This document shows positions 1 to 12,899 of a DNA stretch of 64,000 bases, piece by piece. Numbering within the stretch: the first letter of the stretch is position 1; every line of letters starts with the position of its first letter. A program made the translations under genes and the position numbers. This stretch comes from Eledone cirrhosa. Taxonomy: Eukaryota. The notes beneath the pieces are model-generated. The model saw nothing but the letters and a program-made list of their open reading frames with translations, did not search any database and had not been told where the DNA came from. The stretch is taken from NCBI GenBank assembly GCA_964016885.1, contig OZ024754.1, positions 1 through 64,000 on the forward strand, written 5' to 3'.

Positions 1-47
<47 letters not shown>

Positions 48-48
<1 letters not shown>

Positions 49-655
49 GTGGCTGCCAACTCGTTTTCGAGTACGGCCACTACTTTATATCCATGTAGGA
101 GAACCCCTACCGATGCGCTGAACGAGTGTGACTTTTCAGTCCAGCCAGCGACTTGAAAACTCTGGTACAAACACTACACTTGTGACAATTATTGACACAT
201 AGTACTGGGCCCATGGTACCATGTGAGGACAAGTGCAGAGAGATCTCCAGATATAAAGCAATGCCTGTGCCGTGAAGCTTTTATAGTGAGCAAAGGCACT
301 GCACAAAGCCAGTCCCACTCTCTTAACCAAGATGATATTTACCAAAAAGAAGAACAAGTCAACATCATTGGATACCATCAGGGTTGCAGGTGTTATATCA
401 GAGTTTTCCTTCTCCTAGAATTCTGCCTTGACAAAGGCTAAGGGGTCATCTCTCCCGGTGATTTTGGATGGCCATTGACTCTTAAGAGGTCCTTTGCCCT
501 TTGACAGGTTTTGTTTTTAGTCCTGCAGGATGTCCAAAGTCACCCTCCTCACCAAGAAACCTTGGTGGGGTTGCCAGTTTAGTCGCTAACGACCCGACCA
601 TGAGACAGGTTATACTGGGATACGTGTTACCAGTAGCACCAACTGGTGACCTGAC
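48..655 (-). mobile_element. Probable interspersed repeat, possibly the 5' UTR region of a non-LTR retrotransposon
   Basis: A block of complex, balanced-GC sequence between (CA/TA)n tracts with no credible ORF. The minus-strand motif GCGACTAAACTGGCAACCCC...GGTGAGGAGGG is reminiscent of LINE 5' UTRs (recollection, unverified). Confidence 0.3.
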
Positions 656-687
656 ATACATATATATACATATATACACACACACAC

Positions 688-771
<84 letters not shown>

Positions 772-976
772 TATATATATATACACATCATTATATGTTA
801 TAATTAACCAGAATTCTTCTTCTTCCATTTTTTATTATACACAATGACCCCATTATACTTCACATAATACATCTTAATGTCTCAGACACACTTTCCTCCG
901 CATCACAGAATAGTTATTTTATAAGTTTGTCGCATAAACAGACGGCTCCAACTATTTTCTCATTTAGGGGCCTCTA

Positions 977-1162
977 CCAAGTCACTCGACCTGCTAAAAA
1001 TAACAGTCATATATCGCATTACATGCTACTCAGCTTGAACAGGAAGGAGACGTGTGTATTCAGAAGGATTAAATCCTTGATATATTGTGACTTTAGAATA
1101 GACGGGTTGATCACAATATGTTCAACCATACACCTTCTCAACCAGGGTTGGCCTTGGGCTAA
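977..1162. repeat. Old dispersed repeat family (GCTGCTATTTCTAGCAGGTCGAG-type), diverged copy
   Basis: CTCGACCTGCTAAAAATAACAG ... CCTTGGGCTAAC. Related fragments lie at about 14680-14715, 19770-19935, 30570-30735, 37370-37485, 38450-38490, 58385-58580, 60830-60872 and 63293-63460. Confidence 0.6.
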
Positions 1163-2181
1163 CCATCACCAATCTCTAATTTTTCTCTTCACTTTCCTGT
1201 TATAATTTTATGTTAAACGACCAAACTGCCTCCTATTGTGCCATATAACAAAACTTCTGTCTTTATATTAACATATCATTGCTACTCCCCGTTTCGCCGC
1301 CAGTCCTCTCAGATAACAGACATGCTCCCATGTGCCTCATTTAACAATATTTTTCTCTTCTGCAAACCACAAACATCATGTTTGTTACCAATTCTTTCAT
1401 ACAACCGGAGTTTTTCTCTCTTCTGTCTCACTAAAAAACACCCCCGTCTCACCCCCTTAAATTTTAAGTAGCAGGGTTGGCTCCCATTTAACTCATATAA
1501 TATGATATCTCCTTAGTTCCCACTTCTTCTTATGGACAGACCACATTACTTGACATATCTACAATGGCATTGCATTATATAGGAACTGCTTCATAGTTCC
1601 TATTAGTTTGGGTAGGATCAAGTCAGGGTTGGATGAGGTCTATACAGCAGGACAGACCCACAGTTCCTGTTACTTAACATAGACAGACCAGCTCTACGTA
1701 TTACAAAATATCCACCCCCTAGCTCCTGCCATTACTTTCCATATAAAGATATTGCTAGTTGGCATAAGATAGGTGAGCAGTAAGTCATATAAAAGGACTG
1801 CTTCCCATTAACACCGCGAGTATAACTGGTACAACTACCTCTAAAACTATACACCGTACTCTATGTCCTATACACAAGTTACGCATACACACACACATAC
1901 ACATGTATACACACACGCACGTATACACACTTACTCAAACAAACACACAGACATATACTCACACGTACCCACACACATAGGTACACATACATTCTCAGCC
2001 ATTGGTCAGTAGTCTTGAAGGAAGATGACCAAAGATTGTAGTTGACTATATTAACCATTGAACTTGTTTCAGCTCGATATATATTTTATCGATCTCTGAC
2101 GAACCACTACGTTACGAACTTTAACTGACAACAAATAAACATCAATAGGTATAAAATTAAACACTGTCACGGACATACAAA

Positions 2182-2530
<349 letters not shown>

Positions 2531-2677
2531 GTGTATTGAACATAAAAAACGAAGCAATATGACAGAAATTAGCACCCCCCCCACTGCTTTCAAACAGGAC
2601 TCAGCTAGCCTTAATAAAGAATATATCTACCCCTACTATGGTATTGAGCACTCATTTACTTGACCATCAATGCTAAG

Positions 2678-2721
<44 letters not shown>

Positions 2722-2724
<3 letters not shown>

Positions 2725-2832
2725 CTACTTTTGGCACAAGGCCAGCAATTATCCCAGTGTATTACTGGTACTTTATTTTATCGATCCCGTAAGGATGAAA
2801 GGCAAAGTTAACCTCGGCGGGATTTGAACTCA
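2722..2832 (-). mobile_element. tRNA-derived SINE (octopus OR-like family), 5'-truncated
   Basis: Reverse complement of the family core GAGTTCAAATCCCGCCGAGGTTAACTTTGCCTTTCATCCTTACGGG...AAAGTACCAG...GGCCTTGTGCCAAAAGTAGAAA. Confidence 0.9.
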
Positions 2833-2944
2833 ATATATATATATATATATATACACCCACGCAATTTCACATAGAAATGAAACAGTGACGGGAAGAGTTA
2901 TAGAAAGGGAAGGAAGAAAAAGGTGGAGGAAAGTGATAAACTAG

Positions 2945-3530
2945 CTAGATAGAGAGTGAGAGAGGGAGAGAGTGAGAGAAGGAGAGAGGGGGAGAGAGAG
3001 GGGGAGAGAGAGGGGGGAGAGGGAGAGAAGGAGAGGCAGAGAAGGAGCGAGGGGAGGGGGAGAGAGGTAGGGGGAGGGGGGAGAGAGGTAGGGGGGAGGG
3101 AATGTGTTTAAGAAAGAAAAAAGGAATTGACTTGAATAGAGAATGAAGGGAATGAGAAAATAGGAAATAAGGAGTTAGAGAGGGAGAGATAGGGAGAGGG
3201 AATATATCTGTGGAGAGACAGACTGACAAATAGAGAGAGAGAGGCAATATATATGTGGAGAGACATATATTGCCCCCTCTCTCTCTTTGTCAGTATATGT
3301 GGAGAGAGAGGGGAAGAGAGAGGGGGAAGATAGAGAGGGGAGAGAGAGAGGGGAGAGAGAGAGGGGGAGAGAAAGAGGGGGAGAGAGAGGGGGAGAGAAA
3401 GAGGGAGAGAGAGAGGGGGAGAGAGAGACGGGGGGAGATAATGAGAGAGGGGAGAGAGAGAGATAATGAGAGAAGAGGGGAAATATATATTTAGAAACAG
3501 AGAGAGAGTGAGAGATAGAGAGAGAGTGTG
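2945..3530. repeat. GA-rich polypurine low-complexity tract
   Basis: Degenerate (GA)n/(GGGGA) runs. Confidence 0.9.
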
Positions 3531-3718
3531 GTGGGGAAGGGAATGACTGGCCCCAAAGGTCTTCTGATATTAAAGGATCGATAAATTACCCAGAATGCCA
3601 CACTTGAATACATGAACACATATACTCACACATATAAAGCCGCCCACTGACACAAATACACACATATACACATAAAAAACACTGACACAGACATATACAA
3701 ACATACGCACACTCCCCG

Positions 3719-3750
<32 letters not shown>

Positions 3751-4194
3751 TACAGTCTTCTCTATTTCAACTCCACTAGCATAGCATGACTGGTCCCTTT
3801 ATTCCACACACACACAGAAGTCGTATATTGTTTCCCTCCTCCCTCATCTGTCTCGCCACCACCCACTCCCACCATACCTCTCGTTTCCCTTTCTATTTCA
3901 TTACCTCCCCCACCCCCTCCACCATAGCTCATAAGAAGGATGCACTCGGCACCATCATATCGAAGAGCTGGGTGCAGGCGTACTGAACATTGCAGCAAGG
4001 TCAAGGTCGTCTCCCCGCCGCAGAGACACAAAGGCAGGTGGGATATGAAGGTGTTGGGAAGGGAGGGGGTAGGTGGCAGTGGTCGTGGTGACGGTGCTAT
4101 TGAAGGTTGTGATGATGGTGGTTGTGGTGTTAGTGGTGCTGGTGTGGGGTTACTGGTGCTGGTAGTGGTGGTGTGTTAGGGGTGATGGTTTGGG

Positions 4195-4535
4195 CGTTAG
4201 TGGTGGTGGTAGTAGTGGTGGTGGTGTGGGGTTAGTGGTGGTGGTGGTGGTGGTAGTGGTAGTGGTAGTGGTGGTGTTGGTGGTGGTGTTGGAGGTGGTG
4301 GTGTGGGGTTAGTGGTGGTGGTGGTAGTGGTAGTGGTGGTGTTGGTGGTGGTGTTGGTTGTGGTGTTGGTGTTGGTGTTGGTTGTGGTGTTGGTGGTGGT
4401 GGTGGTGGTGTTGGTGTTGGTTGTGGTGTTGGTGGTGGTAGTGGTGTTGGTGGTGGTGTTAGAGGTGGTGGTTGTGGTGGTGTTGGTGGTGGTTGTGGTG
4501 GTGGGTGGTTGTAGCGTTAGTGGTGTTGGTGGTGA
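4195..4535. repeat. (GGT/GTT)n trinucleotide low-complexity tract
   Basis: Directly visible. Confidence 0.92.
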
Positions 4536-4869
4536 TGATGAATAACGGAGTGTGACAGGTGGGATGTTAGTGTAAAGAGATGATTGGGTGGGGGTGCAAA
4601 AGGTAAGATAGTAGAGAGAGGGAGAGGGAGAGAGAGATAGAGAGAGATAGAGATAGAGAGAGAGAGATAGAGAGAGAGAGAGAGGAGGGGGAGAAGTATA
4701 AGGTAGACATGCAGGGTGTGTGTAAGAGAGGGACAGAGTTAGCAAAAAATATGTATGGGCATATACACACACACACATACATATATACACACACATAGAT
4801 AAATACATACATATATATATATACGTGCAGGAGTGTGTATGTATGTGTGTATGTGTGTATGTGTGTGTG

Positions 4870-5398
4870 TGTGTTGGTGTGTTGGTGTGTTGGTGTGTTG
4901 GTGTGTGTGTTGGTGTGTGTGTTGGTGTGTGTGTTGGTGTGTGTGTTGGTGTGTGTGTTGGTGTGTGTGTTGGTGTGTGTGTTGGTGTGTGTGTTGGTGT
5001 GTGTGTTGGTGTGTTGGTGTGTGTGTTGGTGTGTTGGTGTGTTGGTGTGTGTGTTGGTGTGTTGGTGTGTGTGTTGGTGTGTTGGTGTGTGTGTTGGTGT
5101 GTTGGTGTGTGTGTTGGTGTGTTGGTGTGTGTGTTGGTGTGTTGGTGTGTGTGTTGGTGTGTTGGTGTGTTGGTGTGTGTGTTGGTGTGTTGGTGTGTGT
5201 GTTGGTGTGTTGGTGTGTGTGTTGGTGTGTTGGTGTGTTGGTGTGTGTGTTGGTGTGTTGGTGTGTGTGTTGGTGTGTTGGTGTGTGTGTTGGTGTGTTG
5301 GTGTGTGTGTTGGTTGTGTGTGTTGGTGTGTTGGTGTGTGTGTTGGTGTGTGTGTTGGTGTGTTGGTGTGTGTGTTGGTGTGTGTGTTGGTGTGTGTG
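4870..5398. repeat. GTGTTGGT / GTGTGTGTTGGT (8/12-bp) minisatellite
   Basis: Tandem 8- and 12-bp units. Confidence 0.95.
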
Positions 5399-5663
5399 TA
5401 ATCAATTATTACGAATGAAGCCCAGAACCGTCTTTACTTTTCAGGTGTAAAATCTTTCATCCTTGTTTCTTCCCCAACATTGGTCAGGACGAAAATCAAC
5501 AACTCTCAAATTTTACACCTGGGTCTCACCCTAGGTCCCTCCCTTGGTCCTTCTCAAGAATTGGGAGCCCATCACTCAGAAAATGGGGTTACAGGACCTT
5601 CCATTATTAATATATATAGTGACGAAACATAAGTCAATTGCATGAACTCATAATCCTTTATTT

Positions 5664-5719
5664 ACTGCTATATATATTTCGATGATAGCCTTTGAATGAC
5701 TATGACCTCATCAGGCAGT
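5664..5719 (-). ncRNA. Type I hammerhead ribozyme motif, canonical core
   Basis: Minus strand reads ACTGC-CTGATGA-GGTCATAGTC-attcaaa-GGCTATCATC-GAAA-tatata-TA-GCAGT. Stem I is 5 bp perfect, stem II pairs 9/10 (with G-U), and stem III is palindromic as in minimal PLE HHRs. Confidence 0.85.
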
Positions 5720-5807
5720 TAGTCAGTTCTTCGATATGCCAGCTCTGTGTTTATAGTGTTGATGGTATCAGAGCCTTGGGACATATATATATATATATAT
5801 ATATATA

Positions 5808-6080
5808 TTATTAGAAAGTGAGGTTTTTTTACAAAATGAAAAATAACCGAGGTGTCCTACACGAGTGAAAGTATAAAAAAAAAAAGATGAAATCGAAAAT
5901 GCAACTGGAGTCTTATTTTAAAAATATATATATATTGATTTGGTTCCTTTACCGGTTTCGCAGTTCTTCTGCTTTTCAAAAGTAGAAGAACTGCGAAACC
6001 GGTAAAGGAACCAAATAAATATATATATTTTTTTAAAATAAGACTCCAGTTGCATTTTCGATTTCATCTTTTTTTTTTTT
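5808..6080 (-). mobile_element. Short microsatellite-flanked element with a ~100-bp fold-back hairpin and variant HHR (probable Penelope-like 3' remnant)
   Basis: Arms about 5875-5976 and 5978-6080 are near-perfect inverted repeats. 5808-5982 is the reverse complement of about 49594-49768. It contains TTGAAAA-GCAG/CTGC-GAAA-CCGG-TA. Confidence 0.75.
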
Positions 6081-6142
<62 letters not shown>

Positions 6143-6203
6143 ATAAAATTATCGCTCTACATGGCTGAATACAATAAATGAGTTTTTCGAATATTCATGA
6201 TTA

Positions 6204-6356
6204 TTTCTACCTTTGGCACAAGGCCAGCAATTTCCCAGTGCATTACTGGTACTTTATTTTATCGATCCCGTAAGGATGAAAGGAAAGTTAACCTCGGCGG
6301 GATTTGAACTCAGAATGGCAAGGGCAGTAACTCTATGCGTCAAAGCATGGCGCCCG
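6204..6356 (-). mobile_element. OR-like SINE
   Basis: Matches the family consensus in reverse complement. Confidence 0.9.
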
Positions 6357-6543
6357 ATTCGTTTGTAATTATGCAAACAGCCTCATTAGTGTCTGCAGCT
6401 CTGTTTACATGTCAACACAAGAGCAAGAAAGAGGGGCTTATTCTACTGACATGGCTTTAAAAATGAGGCTGTTTGCATAATTGCAAACGAACCGGACGCC
6501 ATGCTTTGACGCATAGAGTTACGGCCCTTGCCATTCTGAGTTC
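6306..6543. repeat. Inverted repeat (~82-bp arms) duplicating the SINE head plus flank
   Basis: GAACTCAGAATGGCAAGGG...GCAAACAGCCTCATT (6306-6387) pairs with AATGAGGCTGTTTGC...CCATTCTGAGTTC (6462-6543). Confidence 0.9.
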
Positions 6544-6689
6544 GAAAAACTCAAATAACTCAGATTACATTTATATATATGTATATATATGCTGAGGTTA
6601 TATTTAATTTGTTGGGATTCAAAGCTCCAACCGTTAAGGTTGTCTTTTTTTTTCCGGGTATGTCAATATCTATTTATAAAACAAATCTG

Positions 6690-6755
6690 TATTTTATCTG
6701 ATGAAAGCGCACCATAATTTGCCTTGGTTGCCCTTGAAATATATATAATAAAATA
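6690..6755 (+). ncRNA. Type I hammerhead ribozyme motif, canonical core
   Basis: TATTTTAT-CTGATGA-AAGCGCACCA...TGGTTGCCCTT-GAAA-tatata-TA-ATAAAATA. Stem I is 8 bp perfect and is extended by TATTTATAAAAC (6671-6682) / GTTTTATAAATA (6762-6773). Confidence 0.85.
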
Positions 6756-6807
6756 AATATGGTTTTATAAATATAGTTTCCTTTTATTAATATATTGTAT
6801 TAATAAT

Positions 6808-6985
6808 TGGATTGGCAGTATCGCTGGAGGGTCGGACGCCATGCTTTCCAGCATAGTTACGTCCCTTTACGATCTGAATTCTAATCCCACCAAGGTTAAC
6901 TTTGCCTTTCATCCTTACGGGGTTGATAAATAAAGTACCAGTAATGTACTGGGTAATTGCTGGCCTTGTGCCAAAAGTAGAAACA
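6808..6985 (+). mobile_element. OR-like SINE, near full length, with 15-bp TSD
   Basis: A-box-like TGGCAGTATCGCTGG and degenerate B box. TSD ATTAATATATTGTAT at 6786-6800 and 6986-7000. Confidence 0.92.
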
Positions 6986-7094
6986 ATTAATATATTGTAT
7001 ATATATATATGTATGTATGTATATATGAATAAAGAAATGTTAGCCTGATAGTGGGGTTACCACTGGGTTACCATTACACCAACACATCACAGGT

Positions 7095-7165
7095 GATGTG
7101 TTGGTGTAATGGTAGCACAATAGTCTAGATAACCAAAGATGTGGGTTCGACTCCCATGTACGTCA
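7095..7165 (+). pseudogene. tRNA-like sequence (pseudo-tRNA or SINE head)
   Basis: Acceptor GATGTGT/GTACGTC, D arm GTGT-AATGGTA-GCAC, T arm GTGGG-TTCGACT-CCCAT. The anticodon stem is mismatched, so it is probably non-functional. Confidence 0.7.
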
Positions 7166-7204
7166 ATACTCATCCTTTTCCATTCCTTAAAGGGTTCTAA
7201 ACCT

Positions 7205-7341
7205 TTACTGGTACTTTATTTTATCAGCCCTGTAAGGATGAAAGGCAAAGCTAACATCGGCGGGATTTGAACTCAAAACAAAGGGCCTTAACTCCATGTC
7301 ACGAAGCATGGTATCCGACGCTTTACCGATATTGCCAATTC
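7205..7341 (-). mobile_element. OR-like SINE, diverged, 3' end missing
   Basis: Reverse complement of the family head and core. Confidence 0.85.
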
Positions 7342-7448
7342 AGTTACTGCCCGACAGCTGAACACCTGCCGCCGTTTCAACGGCCAGTGGAGAACACTTT
7401 ACAGTACTACTCTCTCTACCCCCCCCCCCTCTCTCTATCTATCTATCA

Positions 7449-7792
<344 letters not shown>

Positions 7793-8024
7793 CTATTTTT
7801 GGGTGCAATCGCGAGTGCATGTCTACATTTTCGTTTTTGTATGTGTATAAGTTCAAGAAAAGAGAGAGAGAGCGGGAGAGAGAGAGAGAGTGGCAAAGAG
7901 AGAAAGAAGGAGAGAGAGAGTGTGTGAGGCAAAAGAGAGAGAGAGAGAGAGAGGCAAATAGAGAGAGAGAGAGAAAGGAAGAAAAAGAAAAAGAGGATGT
8001 GATTTTGGTTTAAGGCATCAGCTG

Positions 8025-9155
<1,131 letters not shown>

Positions 9156-9430
9156 TAAGAGATGGTATGGTAAAGCCTGATTATGAGAGAGAGAGTGAGA
9201 GAGTAAGGTGATATATATAAGTAGACAGCCGGTGTGTATAAAGTATGCATCCCATATATGTGTATGTGTATGTGTGTGTGTATGTGTGTGTGTATGTGTG
9301 TGTGAGGGGGAAGTTGAGTGGGATAGAGAGGGGGGAGGGAGGGAGCAGGTAAATGAGTTTGAGTTTGAGTTCAGCTGCGGTCGTTGACTGTTCGATGAGT
9401 TCAATGGCAGCAGCGGGAGCTGTAGTCCTT

Positions 9431-9432
9431 GT

Positions 9433-9470
<38 letters not shown>

Positions 9471-11420
9471 TAGTAGCAGTAGCAGCAGTAGCAGCAGCAG
9501 TAGCAGCAGCAGCAGATCTATACGGAAACAATGCCGGTGTGTAGTAGTAGTTCTAGACAGAGAACAATACCGGCGTAGTATTGGTAGTAGTGGTAGTGGT
9601 GTTAGAGGAGGTGGTAGTGGTGGTGGTGTTGGTAGTAGTGGTGGTGGTGGTGGTGGTGGTAGAGGTGGTAGTAGAGGTGGTGGTGGTGGTAGTAGTGGTG
9701 GTAGTAGTGGTGGTAGTAGTGGTGGTGGTGGAGGTGGTAGAGGTGGTGGTGGTGGAGGTGGTGGTAGTAGTGGTGGTAGTAGTGGTGGTGGTGGTAGTGG
9801 AGGTGGTAGAGGTAGTAGTAGTGGTAGAGGTGGTGGTTGTAGTTCCACACTTAGAACAATGCCGGCATCATCATTATATCACCATCGTCATCTTCATTTA
9901 CTACATCACCACCACCAACACCACTACCACCACCACCACCACCATCACCACTACCATCACCACCACTACCATCACCACCACCAACACCATCGCCACTACC
10001 ACCAACACCACTACCACCACCACCACTACAACCACCAACACCACTACCACCACCACCAATACCACCATCACCACCACCAATACCACCATCACCACTACCA
10101 CCAACACCACTACAACCACCAATACCATCACCACCACTACCACCACCACTAACACTATCATCCAACACCATCACCATTACCATTACCACCACTCCCAACA
10201 CCTCTACTCCCGACACCACCACCAATACCACCATCACCACCACCTCCACTACCACCAGCACCTCCAACACAATCATCATCATCATCAGCAAACAATATTA
10301 ACTGCGGCTGCAATATGTTGCAACATATATAGCAGCTGTGACACCCCCGCCACCACTTGACATATACACCACCACCATCGCCACCACTACTTCACATATG
10401 TACCACCACCACCATCGCCACCACCACTTCACATATGTACCACCACCGCCACTTCACATATGTACCACCACCACCACCACTTCACATATGTACCACCACC
10501 ACCACCACTTCACATATGTACCACCACCACCACCACCACTTCACATATGTACCACCACCACCACCACTTCACATATGTACCACCACCACCACCACTTCAC
10601 ATATGTACCACCACCACCACCACTTCACATATACACCACCACCACAGCCGCCACCATGACTTCACATATACATCACTACTACGATCATCGCCACTACCAC
10701 CACCATATAGCACCACCATATAGCACCACCACCACCATATAGCACCACCACCACCACCACCACCATATAGCACCACCACCACCACCATCACCATATAGCA
10801 CCACCACCACCATCACCATATAGCACCACCACCACCACCACCACATAGCACCACCACCACCACCACCACCACCACATAGCACCACCACCACCACCACCAT
10901 CACCATATAGCACCACCACCACCACCATATAGCACCACCACCACCACATAGCACCACCACCACCACCACCACCACATAGCACCACCACCACCATCACCAT
11001 ATAGCACCACCACCACCATATAGCACCACCACCACCACCATATAGCACCACCACCACCATATAGCACCACCACCACCACCATCATCACATCTAAGGACGG
11101 GTGGTAAATGAAGGATGAAAGGTAGACAGGTGTAGAAAGGGGGCGACGATGGCGGTGACGTATTACGTTGAGATGTGTGACGTAACATAGCAGGCGATGC
11201 TAGCGCACAATGACCCGGCAAAGACGTCGCATTCATGTACTTTAGCATCACCAGACTTACTACTACTACAACCACCACCATTACTACTACTACCACCACC
11301 GCCGCTACTACTACTACCAACACCAGCACCACCACTACCACCACCACCACCGCCGCTACTACTACCAGCACCACCACTACCACCACCACCGCCACTACCA
11401 CAACCACCATCACCACTACT
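9431..11420. repeat. Trinucleotide-based low-complexity block including (CAC)nTTCACATATGTAC and (CAC)nCATATAG minisatellites
   Basis: (AGC/AGT)n, (GGT)n and (ACC)n runs, with minisatellites at about 10380-10670 and 10700-11085. Confidence 0.9.
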
Positions 11421-11621
11421 ACAATTGCATGCCTTGTTATATTATACGAGTTTGCGTGTCCTTGTGCAACGGTATGCACTGACGCATACGAACACACGCA
11501 AGTGTGCGCAGATGCATGCACACACATGCACACATACACACACACACACGCTCATATGCGCACAATATACACACAACTCACTCTTTCTGCACTTCTCTCA
11601 TACACACACATATATAAGCCC

Positions 11622-11960
11622 TAGCATTGCAGTGTAGTTAATGTGTTCGCTTCACAACTAAGTGGTTTCAGGTTCGAGTCACTGCGCATTACCTCGGGCA
11701 AGTGTCTTTTATTATAGTTGCGGGTTAGGACAATGAATTGGCAGACTCGTTGAAGCGCTAGACAAAATGATTGCGGCATTTAGTTGCAGCTCTTTACATT
11801 CCAAGTTCAAATCCCACCGTGGTCAACTTGGTCTTTCATCTTCCCGGGGTCAATATTATCGATGATTCCCTTCCCACATAATATTGCTAGCCACAATTAA
11901 AAATCAGTGTAAACTCGTGTTGACCAACGCCTTGTGAGTGACGTTTGATGCGGAAACTAG
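11622..11960 (+). mobile_element. Second tRNA-derived SINE family (diverged), split by an inserted OR-like SINE
   Basis: 5' part GGTTTCAGGTTCGAGTCACTGCG...CCTCGGGCAAGTGTCTT (11622-11725) and 3' part GACCAACGCCTTGTGAGTG...CGGAAACT (11921-11960). It resembles an abundant octopus SINE (recollection). Confidence 0.6.
11733..11895 (+). mobile_element. OR-like SINE, old long subfamily
   Basis: GAATTGGCAGACTCGTTG...AGTTCAAATCCCACCGTGGTCAACTTGGTCTTTCATC. Confidence 0.8.
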
Positions 11961-11975
11961 CTATATACCCTACTC

Positions 11976-12150
11976 TGGTAGTATCGGTAGAGAGTCGGAC
12001 GCCATGCTTTGACGTATAGAGTTACGTCTCTTTACGGTCTGAGTTCAAATCCCGCCGAGGTTAACTTTGCCTTTCATCCTTACGGGGTCGATAAAATAAA
12101 GAACCATTAATATACTGGGTTATTGCTGGCCTTGTGCCAAAAGTAGAAAC
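11976..12150 (+). mobile_element. OR-like SINE, young subfamily
   Basis: Close match to the 38220 and 61001 copies. Confidence 0.92.
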
Positions 12151-12899
12151 AATTGTTTGTTTGTTTGTTTGTTTGTTTGTGTTTGTGTGTGTGTGTGTGT
12201 GTGTGTGCGTGTATGTGCGTGTGTGTATGTGTGTGTGTGTGTATGTGTGTGTAGAGCCAGTTCACAAACATCTACGCCAACTGTAAATATTTTTTCACTC
12301 ACAATATCTACTACATAAAAATTCAATAGTAAATGTAAATAAAGTTAAATAGACTATAAATAAGTAATTCAATTTTTCCTTAATATACAGTTAATATATA
12401 TATACACACAAAATGGATGACTGAATACACACGTGCCATTTCTCACATTTTCCCTTCCTTTTCTCACCCACGATCTTTCTATTTCATCTTTTCTTTCTCA
12501 TTATATCTTCTAACGTCTCAGTAAATTTATTTCATTTAATTTCGTTTTTCTATCTTTCAATCGTAAGTCATCTCAATTCAATTCGTTAAAGTCAAATAAA
12601 AGACATTAATTAACAATGATGAAAGAAGATATGAAACTATTCAATCTTATTGTCACCTAAGAAATAATCTCTATATCTTCACTTGATGCAGCTTTACAGT
12701 TTTTAATGCCGGACAGTACTTTAAATTAATATTAAATAAACATCGAGAAGAATAAATAAAGAAGGAAATTGTATTTGATAGATACGAAATGATACATTTG
12801 TAAAGTAGAGTCAGACCATCTTCAATCTATAATTCTCATTTGTAACTTTTCTGTCTTCTGAGCGCGAAAGATTTCCATTTCGGTTTTCAACTATTTTTG

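Noticed and set aside
7095-7165. Functional tRNA gene
   Set aside because: The anticodon stem is mismatched, the acceptor stem has several G-U pairs, and an AGA anticodon lacks the long Ser variable arm. Kept as tRNA-like only.
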